Origin: Planctomycetota bacterium
GTDB taxonomy: Bacteria > Planctomycetota > MHYJ01 > JACPRB01
Direction: 5' to 3'
DNA: 64,000 nt
Assembly (NCBI GenBank): GCA_016209705.1
Contig: JACQVR010000094.1
Location: 64 to 64,063 of the forward strand
In this document: positions 9,519-18,733 of the stretch, piece after piece
Layout of the letters: each line of letters opens with the position of its first letter
Position numbering within the stretch: position 1 is the first letter of the stretch
Notes under the pieces: model-generated
Told to the model about the DNA's origin: nothing
The model's database searches: none
The model's input: only the letters and a program-made list of their open reading frames with translations
Position numbers and translations under genes: made by a program

Positions 9519-10075
9519 ATGACGCTCGGCATGCCGAGGATGAGTATCGGGATCGCCCTGGCTCTCCTCGTTTTTGGCGTGGTGGCCACCGGACAGGAAA
9601 AGTCTGCGGAGAGGGGGAATGGAAGAAAATTCACGCGGCAGATCCCCACAGCGTTGGCATCGGCCCTGGAGAGACCCTCTTGGTAGCGACAAAGCAAGAA
9701 GGTTTGCTCGTCAGCAGAGACGGTGGCGCGACCTGGATGCGAGATCTCCAGCGCGAGGAATCGCTGGCCGCGTTGGCCCCTTCGACGGACGGTCGAATCC
9801 CCGTGGCGAAGCTCGTGATCGATCTCCATACCGGCAAGGCGCTCTTCGGAAAATCGGGCGAGGTGTACTGGATTCATGCCGGTGGCTGGTCGCTGGCCTT
9901 CCTGGTTTTCACCGGCTTGGGCATCTGGATCAAGATCCAGTGGCACAAGCTGTGGGTACATCGCCGCAAATGCGTTCCCTTTCCCTGCGCCAAGGATTGC
10001 ATCGCAACCCCGTCCGCGTCCCCCACCCTGCTATCGAGAGGAATCGATCATGACCGTGGCCCCGTTGTTGCGTGA
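9519..10075 (+). pseudogene. Secreted BNR/Asp-box plus PepSY-TM-like protein split by a frameshift in the G5 run at 9613-9617.
   Basis: Frame X encodes a signal peptide MTLGMPRMSIGIALALLVFGVVATGQEKSAE. Frame Z continues GEWKKIHAADPHSVGIGPGETLLVATKQEGLLVSRDGGATW...LHTGKALFGKSGEVYWIHAGGWSLAFLVFTGLGIW. One extra G in the run would fuse them. Confidence 0.5.
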
Positions 10076-10826
10076 ACCTGAAACAGGAGTCATTCCGTCT
10101 CGTCGAATCGGAAAACGGCGACGCACATGGGCCTCGTGGCCCTTGTCCCTGATGGTCCATGGGACCGTCGCCGGATTGATCGCGTTCGTGAGCGCTCTCG
10201 TCCCGTCCCCGCGGCCGCTCTGTTTGGCTGCTCCCCAAGTCGAGGAAACTTCTTCGGTTCGGCTCCGTTCGGAAGGGGCGACGCCGGAGGTATCCTTCGA
10301 GCCTCGAACACCGCTGTCGATCCCTCTGGAGCCGCCCGAGGTCGGCAGGGATGAACCGGAATTTATTCGCGAAGCCTTTCACGTTCCTGTAGAGGAGAAA
10401 ATCGTCGAGCCTTCGTTCGACGAGGGAGTTCTAGATCCGCTTCGAATCCTCGACCGCCCCTTTAAGAGCACTCAGCGTTTGCCGGAGGAGAGTTCTTTAT
10501 CGCGGGAAGGCGCCGATTCCACGGTCATCCCCGCCTCGCCGGCGCAAAATCCTCCCCCGGAGTATCCCCTCATCGCGCGAAGGCGAGGCCTTGAGGGATG
10601 CGTCGTGCTGCGGGTCCGAGTTTCCGAGGAAGGACATCCCCTCGAGGTGCAGGTCCAATCGTCGTCCGGTCATCGCTGCCTGGATGAAGCGGCCATTCGG
10701 GCCGTCAAGAATTGGCGCTTCACGCCCGCCAAACGAGGCAATGCCGCCATTCCATCGCTGTGTGAGATCCCCATTCGATTTCGCCTCGAACAGAGCGGTC
10801 CAGAAGAGAAGAAGGATCCAAGTTGA
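10050..10826 (+). CDS. tonB: Energy transducer TonB.
   Basis: An N-terminal TM helix is followed by a Pro/Glu-rich spacer. The C-terminal TonB domain reads PPEYPLIARRRGLEGCVVLRVRVSEEG...VKNWRFTPA. Confidence 0.75.
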   Translation: MTVAPLLREPETGVIPSRRIGKRRRTWASWPLSLMVHGTVAGLIAFVSALVPSPRPLCLAAPQVEETSSVRLRSEGATPEVSFEPRTPLSIPLEPPEVGRDEPEFIREAFHVPVEEKIVEPSFDEGVLDPLRILDRPFKSTQRLPEESSLSREGADSTVIPASPAQNPPPEYPLIARRRGLEGCVVLRVRVSEEGHPLEVQVQSSSGHRCLDEAAIRAVKNWRFTPAKRGNAAIPSLCEIPIRFRLEQSGPEEKKDPS

Positions 10827-10840
10827 AAATAAAGATCCGG

Positions 10841-11641
10841 CTACTCCCCCTCCCCGCGCTCCTTCCAGCGCCGGACCGCTTCCCGGCGCATCCGCTCCTT
10901 CGCCGGCCCCCACGATATTCGCGCGGCGTCCAATTCCCTCCGGAACGCGGCGTGCTCGAGATCGGGGACGGCGATTTGGCCGCACACCAACTTCCGAGGC
11001 CGCGGATTGGGCAGCAAGCGACCCTTCAGAAGATCGTCGTCGGATATGTCCTTCTCCGTGATGTGCTCCGACGCCCTGTTTCCATTCCAGCTCGGAAATC
11101 CTTCGACATGAGAGAGGGGGCCCGGCATCACCACGGTTCGATGAATCTCCAGACCGCCGATCAACTCCCTGAGGATGCGCTTCTTCAACTCGTCGCCCGG
11201 TTCTTCCCCCTCCCGTTTCTTCTCCCCCATCTTGACGGCGATCTCGATCTTGCAATCCACGCGCTCTGCGATGTCCAGCATGCACCCTTCCCCGGCTGGG
11301 CCGAATGCGAACTGGACGACGTTCTTCCCCTTCCTGAGCTTCAGGCGGCCGATGTCCTCGAAATAAAGGACCAGGGCGCAGGAACGCCATCCCCCGCGCT
11401 CCTCCTCCTGCGGCTCGGAGCCGCCTGAAATTCCTTCGCTCTCCTCCACCAGCGAAGCCATCCAGGCGTAGGCGTCTTCGGCACCATACAGGGCGTAATC
11501 GCTCGGAACGGAGAACCGCATCCGCAATTTTCCGGAGCCGTCGGGCAGAAGCGTCCACTCCTCGTCATACTTGAAGCAGCCGGCTCCCAGGAGCAACGCG
11601 CCGGCCGCCGCCGCCCAACGACCGAACCTGAAGGATTTCAT
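10841..11641 (-). CDS. Hypothetical lipoprotein, last gene of the ECF sigma operon.
   Basis: Lipobox LLLGAGC follows MKSFRFGRWAAAAG. The upstream part of track ORF 10841..12319 is antisense artefact. ATG is at 11641. Confidence 0.55.
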   Translation of the reverse strand: MKSFRFGRWAAAAGALLLGAGCFKYDEEWTLLPDGSGKLRMRFSVPSDYALYGAEDAYAWMASLVEESEGISGGSEPQEEERGGWRSCALVLYFEDIGRLKLRKGKNVVQFAFGPAGEGCMLDIAERVDCKIEIAVKMGEKKREGEEPGDELKKRILRELIGGLEIHRTVVMPGPLSHVEGFPSWNGNRASEHITEKDISDDDLLKGRLLPNPRPRKLVCGQIAVPDLEHAAFRRELDAARISWGPAKERMRREAVRRWKERGEGE

Positions 11642-12939
11642 TTGGGGAGACCGGAATTGAGGTGGTCGCACGCGATCTCCAATCGCCGGGTCTCCACATA
11701 GGCCGTCTCCAGTTCGCCGACGCGCGGGTCCGCGTCCCTCGGCGCCCGAAGTCGGAGCTCGATCAGAGGTCCCTCCCATTCGAGGCGCTTCCATTCCACT
11801 TCCAGGCCCGCCAACGCGTCCTCCGTGGAGGCGTATCCCCGGCGATACATGAGCTCCACGACCAACGCGTCGCGGAACACAGGAGCCACATCGTCCAGGA
11901 GATCTTCGGCGCGTTCCTCGGCGACATGGGCCATCAGCTTGATCATGGAAGCCGAAACGGCTTCGGAGTGCCGGATCAAATCGCCGAGCGACCCGGTCCG
12001 GCCATCCTCCATCAGGATGCCGACGCGCCGGCAAAGATCCGGATGCACCGTCACCAATTCGGAGAAGCCTTGACTCTGAACGGCGACTTCGAGCGTCGGC
12101 CGTTCGGGCCCCCCTTCCTCGATCATCAGGCGCACGACGCCGTCGTTGAATTGCTTGCACTCCATCGCCTTCATGAGGCCCCCCACGTCCGCGCGAACCG
12201 CGATGAGCAGGACGGCGTCCTCCCTCGCTTCGGACGGGGTCTCGGCATCCTGCCTCCACAGGGCCAGATGGCGCACGTACCGTTTCGCCGTGGGTTCCAG
12301 GGCGGTCGTCTGGGTCCATGCGTTCTTGGACGCCTTGAACAGCGCCTTCTTCGCGGCGACCCTTCGAGCCACGTTTCGGGAATCGATCTCGTCCAGCGCA
12401 TCCTGCGGCGAGATCTCGACGGGGGGATAATCCTTGGCCACGATTTCTTCCAGCGCGAGGGTGTGGAGATTCAGGGCGCCCTCGAACAGGGTCGTGGAGG
12501 CCACGACGGGGCGCGCGGCGATCTCGTCTAATCTTTCCTCGATCGATTTGGCCAGCGCGGTCTTGTATTCCTGGACTGTCCTTTCGGCGACGTCCGGAGC
12601 GGGCTTCGTCTCATCGGCCTTCCAATACCGCATCCCACCCCACAAGGCGACCGCGGCGGCGGCCGCACCGGCGCTCCGGAGCGCCCATCGACGGAACGCG
12701 CGGGAGGGTGACGCCAGGCGAGACACGTAATCGCGACGGCGTCGCGGGTCCGGCCGATGGACGGAAGCGCCGAGCTGCACGGCGCGCGCCAGGATCCGCC
12801 ATTCCTCCTGCATCTTGGCGAACAACGCCGCGCACGCCGGGCATTCCGACGCGTGGGACCGCGCATCGCGCTCCCGGACCGCGTCGAGCCGGCGATCCAG
12901 CAATTCGGCCGCGCGGGCGGAAAATTCGTCACACCGCAT
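11638..12939 (-). CDS. Anti-sigma factor (zf-HC2 N-terminal domain, single TM, periplasmic C-terminal domain).
   Basis: The N-terminus reads SHASECPACAALF (HxxxCxxC). It overlaps the upstream ECF sigma stop and carries a TM segment near residue 100. Confidence 0.7.
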   Translation of the reverse strand: MRCDEFSARAAELLDRRLDAVRERDARSHASECPACAALFAKMQEEWRILARAVQLGASVHRPDPRRRRDYVSRLASPSRAFRRWALRSAGAAAAAVALWGGMRYWKADETKPAPDVAERTVQEYKTALAKSIEERLDEIAARPVVASTTLFEGALNLHTLALEEIVAKDYPPVEISPQDALDEIDSRNVARRVAAKKALFKASKNAWTQTTALEPTAKRYVRHLALWRQDAETPSEAREDAVLLIAVRADVGGLMKAMECKQFNDGVVRLMIEEGGPERPTLEVAVQSQGFSELVTVHPDLCRRVGILMEDGRTGSLGDLIRHSEAVSASMIKLMAHVAEERAEDLLDDVAPVFRDALVVELMYRRGYASTEDALAGLEVEWKRLEWEGPLIELRLRAPRDADPRVGELETAYVETRRLEIACDHLNSGLPK

Positions 12940-13540
12940 AGAGACCTTCCAGCAAGCCCCTCAGCTTCTGCCTCGCGCTGAACAGGCGGGACTTGACGGT
13001 TCCTTCCGGAATATCCAAGGCCCTCGCGATTTCGGCGTAACTCAGCTCCTCGAAATGGAACAGCTCCAGGATGAGCCGATCGTCCGCGCCGAGTCGCCGG
13101 AACGCTCTTCTCATGAGCTCGTCCGTCTCGCCGGGCGCCCCGACCGGAGGGCTGACCGCTTCCACCTGAATCCTGGCGGCCCGACGAAAGCGCGCGTCTT
13201 GCTGCTGGCGTTTGAGCCACTGTCTCTTGAGGATGCCCACCAGCCAGGTGAAAATCCCCGACTCCCCTCGAAAGCGCGCGATCGCTTTCAACGCGACCGT
13301 GAATGTCTCCTGCGTGAGATCTTCCACAGCCTCCCGATCATGGACCAACGCGCATGCGACGCGGAACAGCCGGTCGTAATGCGTCTCGACCAGCGTCCGG
13401 AGCGCGGAACGGTCTCCCCTCCGAGCTCGTTCCACGAGCCGGCCGTCGCCGATCGAACCCGGTACAGGCGGAATCGCCCGGCCGGATTTCTCCGACTCCC
13501 GGGCCGACGATTCCCTGCGGGTGGTCACAGATTCTTCCAT
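12929..13540 (-). CDS. RNA polymerase ECF (sigma-70 family) sigma factor.
   Basis: Regions 2 and 4 are present, reading DLTQETFTVALKAIARF ... LSYAEIARALDIPEGTVKSRLFSARQKL. Confidence 0.85.
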   Translation of the reverse strand: MEESVTTRRESSARESEKSGRAIPPVPGSIGDGRLVERARRGDRSALRTLVETHYDRLFRVACALVHDREAVEDLTQETFTVALKAIARFRGESGIFTWLVGILKRQWLKRQQQDARFRRAARIQVEAVSPPVGAPGETDELMRRAFRRLGADDRLILELFHFEELSYAEIARALDIPEGTVKSRLFSARQKLRGLLEGLYAV

Positions 13541-13557
13541 GAAGATCCGGAAGGAAA

Positions 13558-15225
13558 TTAATCTTCCTCTTTTTTCTTTTCTTCCGATCCCTTCCGCAGG
13601 TTTTCGAGCTGCTTCATGTTGGGATCGTCCTGTCCGACTCCCATCTTCTTGAGAAACTCGATCGCCTCGTCGATGCTGTTGAACGTCCGATTCAATTTGG
13701 GGTCTTCCGCGGGTTTGGACACGTCATCGACGAGAACCCCATTTCCGTCGCGCGTGCGTTTTCCGGCGGCTTCGGCTTTGACCCAGACGAGCGAGTCGTT
13801 CTGGAGCAGGCAGATCAAAGCGTAGTGCGCGGTGCGCCAGCTCGGTCCGTCGCAGGCCTCGTACCCAGCGAACCGGGGGGCCGCCCGCCGGGGCGGAGCC
13901 GCGAAGGATCCCTTCAATTCCTGCTGGCTCAGGATGAACACCTGGTGATGCTCGTTGAAATTCGTCCATGCCGACAGTCCCACCTGCCGGGACCAGATCG
14001 CCGCCGAGAGGAAGTGCGTCGGCAGCGCGACCGCTGCCTGGGCGACGGAGCGCACGTGCTCGCTGTAATACGCGGTCAAGTTCTGAAGGAACGCGTCTTC
14101 CATTCGACAGCCCATCGATCTCAAGGCCACGAGGGCGCCGGCGCAGCGTCCCGCTTCGCGGCGGCTGTCGAACGTCGGATCGACGACGAACCCCGCCGTT
14201 CCATCGTTCGAATGTTTCTTGAGATAGGCGCAGGCGCGCTCGAATACTTGGTTCTCGATCTCCACGCCCACCCGCTCCGCCGCGCCCAACGCCGTCAGAC
14301 ACTGATTCGCCGTCAACGTCCGTTCGCAATATCCCAGGTCCTGGCCCGCGGACCATCCCCCCTCCTCATGGGACGCGATCAGGAGGCGAACTCCCTCCTG
14401 AATCAGCGCGAATACGGACGGTTCCGGCGCGCGAGCGTAGCGTTCCGCGAAAAAGAGGGTCGTGGCGGCGGTCGCCCACGGTCCGATAGCCGTGGCGCTC
14501 TTCAGCGCGCCTTCGAGATAGCGGCCGCATCGGCCTACGGACTCGGCGTACGTTCCCGCCTTCCCGTCGCTCCCCGAAGCCAGAAACGCCAAACCCACCA
14601 TGGCGGTCACGGCCGCCTTGGGTCCCGCCTCATCCCGAGCCGCCGGAAACGAGCCGTCCGGAAGTTGGCTCCCCTTCAGGAACTCAAGGCCTTTCTCCGC
14701 CGCCAGCTCGTATCGCGCGCTCCGTCCCGGCAGCCCTTGTTCCAGCGGCGGAAGCGTCAGCGCCAGCCGCGCCGTTTGAATCCGGCCGTCCCTCAAAAAG
14801 GCAAGCTCCACCGTCTCCAGGCCGGCGGATAAGGCGGCTTCCAGCCGCCTGAGAAGATCGAGGGTCGGATCCTCCTTGAGCGGAAGAAAATCCTTCTCGA
14901 CGCGAATCAGAACGTCGCCGACTCGCAGCCCGATGGCGCGCAACGGCGATCCATCCTCGATCGTGCGCAGGACGACGCCGCCGGGGTAGCGGAATTGCTG
15001 CGGATCCGTGGCGTCCGGAACCTTGATCGAGCGCGTGGCGCCGTGCCCCGCGGCGCCCAGGAATCCGAGGGTGTGAAACTCGGCGACGTCGGGATCGAGA
15101 TAATCGACGCGTGGCGGGCCGGAAGATGACGTGAATCCGCGGAACGCCAGAAAGGCCGCGATGCCGGCGGCGATCAGCACCAGCAGAAAGGCGCCGGCCC
15201 GGCCCGACGAAGGATTGCAGGTCAT
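13558..15225 (-). CDS. Membrane-anchored PDZ-domain protein with prenyltransferase/squalene-oxidase (terpene-cyclase-like alpha/alpha toroid) repeats.
   Basis: An N-terminal TM anchor is followed by a PDZ-like segment IGLRVGDVLIRVEK. Repeated QLPDGSF/EEGGWS-type motifs follow. Confidence 0.6.
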   Translation of the reverse strand: MTCNPSSGRAGAFLLVLIAAGIAAFLAFRGFTSSSGPPRVDYLDPDVAEFHTLGFLGAAGHGATRSIKVPDATDPQQFRYPGGVVLRTIEDGSPLRAIGLRVGDVLIRVEKDFLPLKEDPTLDLLRRLEAALSAGLETVELAFLRDGRIQTARLALTLPPLEQGLPGRSARYELAAEKGLEFLKGSQLPDGSFPAARDEAGPKAAVTAMVGLAFLASGSDGKAGTYAESVGRCGRYLEGALKSATAIGPWATAATTLFFAERYARAPEPSVFALIQEGVRLLIASHEEGGWSAGQDLGYCERTLTANQCLTALGAAERVGVEIENQVFERACAYLKKHSNDGTAGFVVDPTFDSRREAGRCAGALVALRSMGCRMEDAFLQNLTAYYSEHVRSVAQAAVALPTHFLSAAIWSRQVGLSAWTNFNEHHQVFILSQQELKGSFAAPPRRAAPRFAGYEACDGPSWRTAHYALICLLQNDSLVWVKAEAAGKRTRDGNGVLVDDVSKPAEDPKLNRTFNSIDEAIEFLKKMGVGQDDPNMKQLENLRKGSEEKKKEED

Positions 15226-16424
15226 GGCTTCGAGCCGGCCGGACGACTCGCCGCCGGCTTTTTCTCCAGGGCGCCGTGAGCGGCCAGATAATGCTCAAGG
15301 CTCAGAATCGCGAAGCCGGTTCCCCACTTGTCCCCGTAACCGTAACAGATCGTATCCCACCAGCTCTTTTCCTTCTCCTGGTTGCGGAGAATCACTGTGA
15401 CGAGGTGATTCCAATGCTCCGGCGGGACGTCTTTCCCCAGCAGGGTCATGACCTCCGCCGCGTAATAGCATCCGTAGTAGAAGAAATAGCCGGAGATGTT
15501 GTGCGGCGCGTCGCGGTGGGGAATGATGCGCTTGTTTCCGATCCGCTCCACGTAGTCCAATGTTTTGAAAAAGAACTGATTCCGCTCGCGAAGGATCTCT
15601 CGCGTGTACGTATCGTCGTAATGATGCAGCGCCAACCCTCCGGCCTGCGTCCGCGCTCCGGCGCCGAGTTCTTCCAACGGATGCGTCGTGCTTCTTTTCA
15701 GGTAGTAGCCGTACATCATGTTCTTGTCGGGATACATCATCCGCTTCATGATCTTGGCGGCGTCCCCCAACATCCCTTCGGGGATGTCGAACCCTTGCTT
15801 CTTGGCCTTCATCAGCGGGAGCATGACCGACGCCGTCGTGAAGCTCAGGCAATCCCCACCCATGCCCGGATCCGAATAGTACGCCCATCCTCCCTCGTGC
15901 GCCTGAAGCTTTCGGAGCTGCTCGATGACCTCGGGGATGATGCGCTTCATTTCGTTGCGATGCGCTGAACCATACGGATGGTCCCAGAGCGCCGTCAGAA
16001 AATCCAAAATGTAGGCGTATCCCCACACATTGAACGCCTCCCCCGGATCGTAAGGACACTTCCACCCGCTCAAGACGGCATGGATCCCCTTGTCGAGCGT
16101 CTCGCCGTGCTCTTTCGTGCGCAAGGGATAATGCAGGAAAGCTTTCGCGATGATGGAAGTGCACGCCAGGCGCACGCTGTGTTGAGCGCCCCGACTCGTG
16201 AGTCCGAATCCGAGCTGGGAATCCTCCAGCGCCACGGGATCGTGGGATCCCCAGGATCCGTCCTTGTTCTGCTTTTCTCGAAGGAACCGGAAACCGTCCT
16301 CGATGGCCTGATGCGCCGCGACCGCGACGCTTTCCCGACTCGGCGGCGCCTTCTCGGTGTCTTGGCTTCGAGCGCTCAAGGGGGCCAGGAGCGCCCCGAC
16401 CAGCATGATCGGCGCGAGCCTCAT
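15222..16424 (-). CDS. Secreted prenyltransferase/squalene-oxidase repeat protein (terpene-cyclase-like).
   Basis: Signal peptide MRLAPIMLVGALLAPLSA. Repeat motifs include QNKDGSWG, HEGGWAYY and KEKSWWD. It overlaps the next gene by 4 nt. The 5' portion of the track ORF is antisense to the permease. Confidence 0.6.
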   Translation of the reverse strand: MRLAPIMLVGALLAPLSARSQDTEKAPPSRESVAVAAHQAIEDGFRFLREKQNKDGSWGSHDPVALEDSQLGFGLTSRGAQHSVRLACTSIIAKAFLHYPLRTKEHGETLDKGIHAVLSGWKCPYDPGEAFNVWGYAYILDFLTALWDHPYGSAHRNEMKRIIPEVIEQLRKLQAHEGGWAYYSDPGMGGDCLSFTTASVMLPLMKAKKQGFDIPEGMLGDAAKIMKRMMYPDKNMMYGYYLKRSTTHPLEELGAGARTQAGGLALHHYDDTYTREILRERNQFFFKTLDYVERIGNKRIIPHRDAPHNISGYFFYYGCYYAAEVMTLLGKDVPPEHWNHLVTVILRNQEKEKSWWDTICYGYGDKWGTGFAILSLEHYLAAHGALEKKPAASRPAGSKP

Positions 16425-16435
16425 GCGTGGCACTT

Positions 16436-16512
16436 TGAACCGCCAAAACGCCAAAGCGCCAGGGGAAGTCCTTACCGGAACTCTTTCGGCGGTTTGGCGC
16501 TTCGGCGGTTTA
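16436..16512. repeat. REP/MITE-like 77-bp palindromic element, copy 1 (TTGAACCGCCAAA...GGCGGTTTA).
   Basis: The arms gaaccgccaaaacgccaaagcgcc and ggcggtttggcgcttcggcggttta are inverted. A second copy with the same termini lies at 50596-50672. Confidence 0.45.
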
Positions 16513-16549
16513 CCCAAAGGATAAAACATGGATGACTCCTCACGGATCC

Positions 16550-17818
16550 TCATTCGGCCCGCAGCGCCAGGACCGGATCGAGCCGGGCCGCCCGGAACGC
16601 GGGAAGGGTGCCGAACAAGAGGGCGACCACGACGGAAACGCCGAACCCCAGGGGGAACGCGACCGGTTGGAACGCCACGTTCCATTGCGCCAAGGTTCCG
16701 ACGACCAGCGCGATCAAGACGCCCATTCCCAGACCGAGCAACCCGCCCAGTCCTCCCAGCAGCGTGCTCTCGCCCAGGAAAAGCTTGACGATCTCGCTTC
16801 GCGTCGCGCCCAGAGCGCGCCGAACGCCGATCTCCTGCCGACGCTCGGCCACGTTGGCCAGCATGATGTTCATGATCCCGATGCCGCCGACCAGCAGCGA
16901 GAGCGAAGCGATCGAACCCATGACCCACATGAAGATCCGCTCGGCCAGTTGATGCTCCTTCAACAAGGCGTGCGGGATCGTGGCCTCCACGTCCTTCAGG
17001 CGATGGCGGCTCTCCATCAAGTTGAGCGACGCCTGCGCCACGGGACCGAGATGGCCTACATCGGAAACGCGCAGGACGGCCCGATTCACTTCCACCTCGG
17101 TGGATTCCCAGACACCCTGACCCGAGCGGACCTGACGTGTTCCGAAACGGGCCAGCGCCGTGGAATACGGAATGTACGCGGCGTGATCCGGATTGGACAA
17201 CGCTCCCTGCGTTCCCGTCTGCCCCTTCTGCTCCAACACCCCCACGACGGTGAAGGGATCGCCGCCGATCTTGACGATCTCCCCGATGGAGTCGCTGAGC
17301 GGAAAGAGCAGGCGCGCCGTGTCGTGCCCGAGGACGCATATGGAGTCCGCCTGCCCTTCGTCCACCGGGCAGAGGAATCTCCCCTCGCGGATTCCGTGCT
17401 CCATGATCTCGCCGTACTCCGACGTCGTGGCGACCACGCTGGCGTCGGAATTCTGGAACGTCGTCGACACGTCGCGCAGGATCAGGCGCATCGGAAGCAC
17501 CGCTTCGACGCTGGGAAGGTTGTCCTTCAGAATCTCGAGGTCTTTCTGGGTGATTCCGTAGCTGGCGGTCCACGAAGACGTCGACCGCTCCTCTTCCCGC
17601 TTGCGGACCCTCTGGGGCTTGACGGAGTCCAGGATGATGTTGCGCAATCCCATGCGCTCGATGCGCGTGACGACGTCCCGCCGGGCCACCTCGCTGATGG
17701 ACAGCATGCAGATGACCGAGCTCACTCCGAACACGACGCCGAGCATGGCCAGGAAGGAGCGGGTCTTGTGCAGCAGGAGGTTCTGAAAGGCTTCGATCCA
17801 GAATTTGACGATCTTCAT
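16550..17818 (-). CDS. ABC transporter permease, MacB/FtsX family.
   Basis: The N-terminal TM is followed by a large periplasmic domain and a C-terminal FtsX 3-TM bundle, with GVRRALGATRSEIV. Confidence 0.85.
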   Translation of the reverse strand: MKIVKFWIEAFQNLLLHKTRSFLAMLGVVFGVSSVICMLSISEVARRDVVTRIERMGLRNIILDSVKPQRVRKREEERSTSSWTASYGITQKDLEILKDNLPSVEAVLPMRLILRDVSTTFQNSDASVVATTSEYGEIMEHGIREGRFLCPVDEGQADSICVLGHDTARLLFPLSDSIGEIVKIGGDPFTVVGVLEQKGQTGTQGALSNPDHAAYIPYSTALARFGTRQVRSGQGVWESTEVEVNRAVLRVSDVGHLGPVAQASLNLMESRHRLKDVEATIPHALLKEHQLAERIFMWVMGSIASLSLLVGGIGIMNIMLANVAERRQEIGVRRALGATRSEIVKLFLGESTLLGGLGGLLGLGMGVLIALVVGTLAQWNVAFQPVAFPLGFGVSVVVALLFGTLPAFRAARLDPVLALRAE

Positions 17819-18489
17819 GCCGACACCCGCCCGTTCTTCAACGTGATCGTCCGCGGCGTCCGTTCGGCGATCGCCCGATTATGCGTCACCACCACCACCG
17901 TCTTGCCTTCCCGGTTCAACGCCGCCAAGAGGTTGAAGATCTCGTTTCCGGTGTTTTCGTCGAGATTGCCCGTGGGCTCATCCGCCAGGATGAGGCTGGG
18001 ATTCCCGAGCAGGGCGCGCGCCACGGCCACGCGCTGCATCTCCCCGTTCGACAGTTCGAAGGGTCGATGGCGAAGGCGATGGGACAGGCCCACGCGCTCC
18101 AGGAGCGTCCGGGCGGTCCGCTCCTGCGCCCGCGCGTCGCCGTTCGCCAGGTACCGGGCGCCGAGCATCACGTTCTTGACGACGTTGAGCTGTGGAATGA
18201 GGTGAAACGATTGGAAGACGAAGCCGATCTCTTTCCCTCGCAGGCGCGCCTGCTCCACATCCGAGAGGTCCTGCACGGGCTGACCGTGAAAGCGGTAGGT
18301 TCCGCTCGTCGGCCGGATCATGAATCCCAGCAGATAGAGGAAGGTGGACTTGCCGGATCCCGAGCTTCCCACAATCGAGACGAATTCCCCCGCCTCCAAG
18401 GTCAGGCTGACATCCGAGAGCGCATAAACGCTCCCCCCCGGCATGGGGTATTCCTTGCCGACGCCCTGCACTTCGATCTGAGCTGGCAT
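17815..18489 (-). CDS. ABC transporter ATP-binding protein (MacB/LolD-type).
   Basis: Walker A GSSGSGKST, an LSNGEMQRVAVARAL signature and Walker B ILADEPTGNLD are present. Start MPAQIEVQG is at 18489. Confidence 0.9.
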   Translation of the reverse strand: MPAQIEVQGVGKEYPMPGGSVYALSDVSLTLEAGEFVSIVGSSGSGKSTFLYLLGFMIRPTSGTYRFHGQPVQDLSDVEQARLRGKEIGFVFQSFHLIPQLNVVKNVMLGARYLANGDARAQERTARTLLERVGLSHRLRHRPFELSNGEMQRVAVARALLGNPSLILADEPTGNLDENTGNEIFNLLAALNREGKTVVVVTHNRAIAERTPRTITLKNGRVSA

Positions 18490-18514
18490 TGCTTGACTCG
18501 GATAATTCATCAAG

Positions 18515-18718
18515 ATCACCACCAAGACACCAAGACACGAAGTAGGCTTGAGGGCACCAAGGACCGCATTTGGGTGGCTTCATCCATCGCCTCAGCTCCC
18601 GCGTGGCGACAGACTGTCGAAGCGAAGCGGAGCCAACGACCGTTGCAAAACACCATCCAGTGGCGTGCTTGGTGGCCCCTTAGCCCGCTTGGTGCCTTTG
18701 TGCCTTGGTGGTGCATGG
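18515..18718. mobile_element. MITE-like element, about 200 bp, with imperfect ~52-bp terminal inverted repeats built from CACCAAG units. It is inserted between the exporter MFP and ATPase genes.
   Basis: Left arm is atcaccaccaagacaccaagacacgaag...ggcaccaagg. The right arm's reverse complement is caccaccaaggcacaaaggcaccaagcgg...ccaccaagcacgc. No credible ORF is present. Confidence 0.45.
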
Positions 18719-18733
18719 ACAACTCAGGTGACC

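Noticed and set aside
15295-16446. 383-aa minus ORF, the 27401..29341 N-terminal extension, 56079..57467(+) and 20363..21229(+) large ORFs.
   Set aside because: Each overlaps a conserved gene in another frame or strand (terpene-cyclase-like, recR/rpoN, M48 protease, EEP protein). They lack motifs and are GC-driven artefacts.
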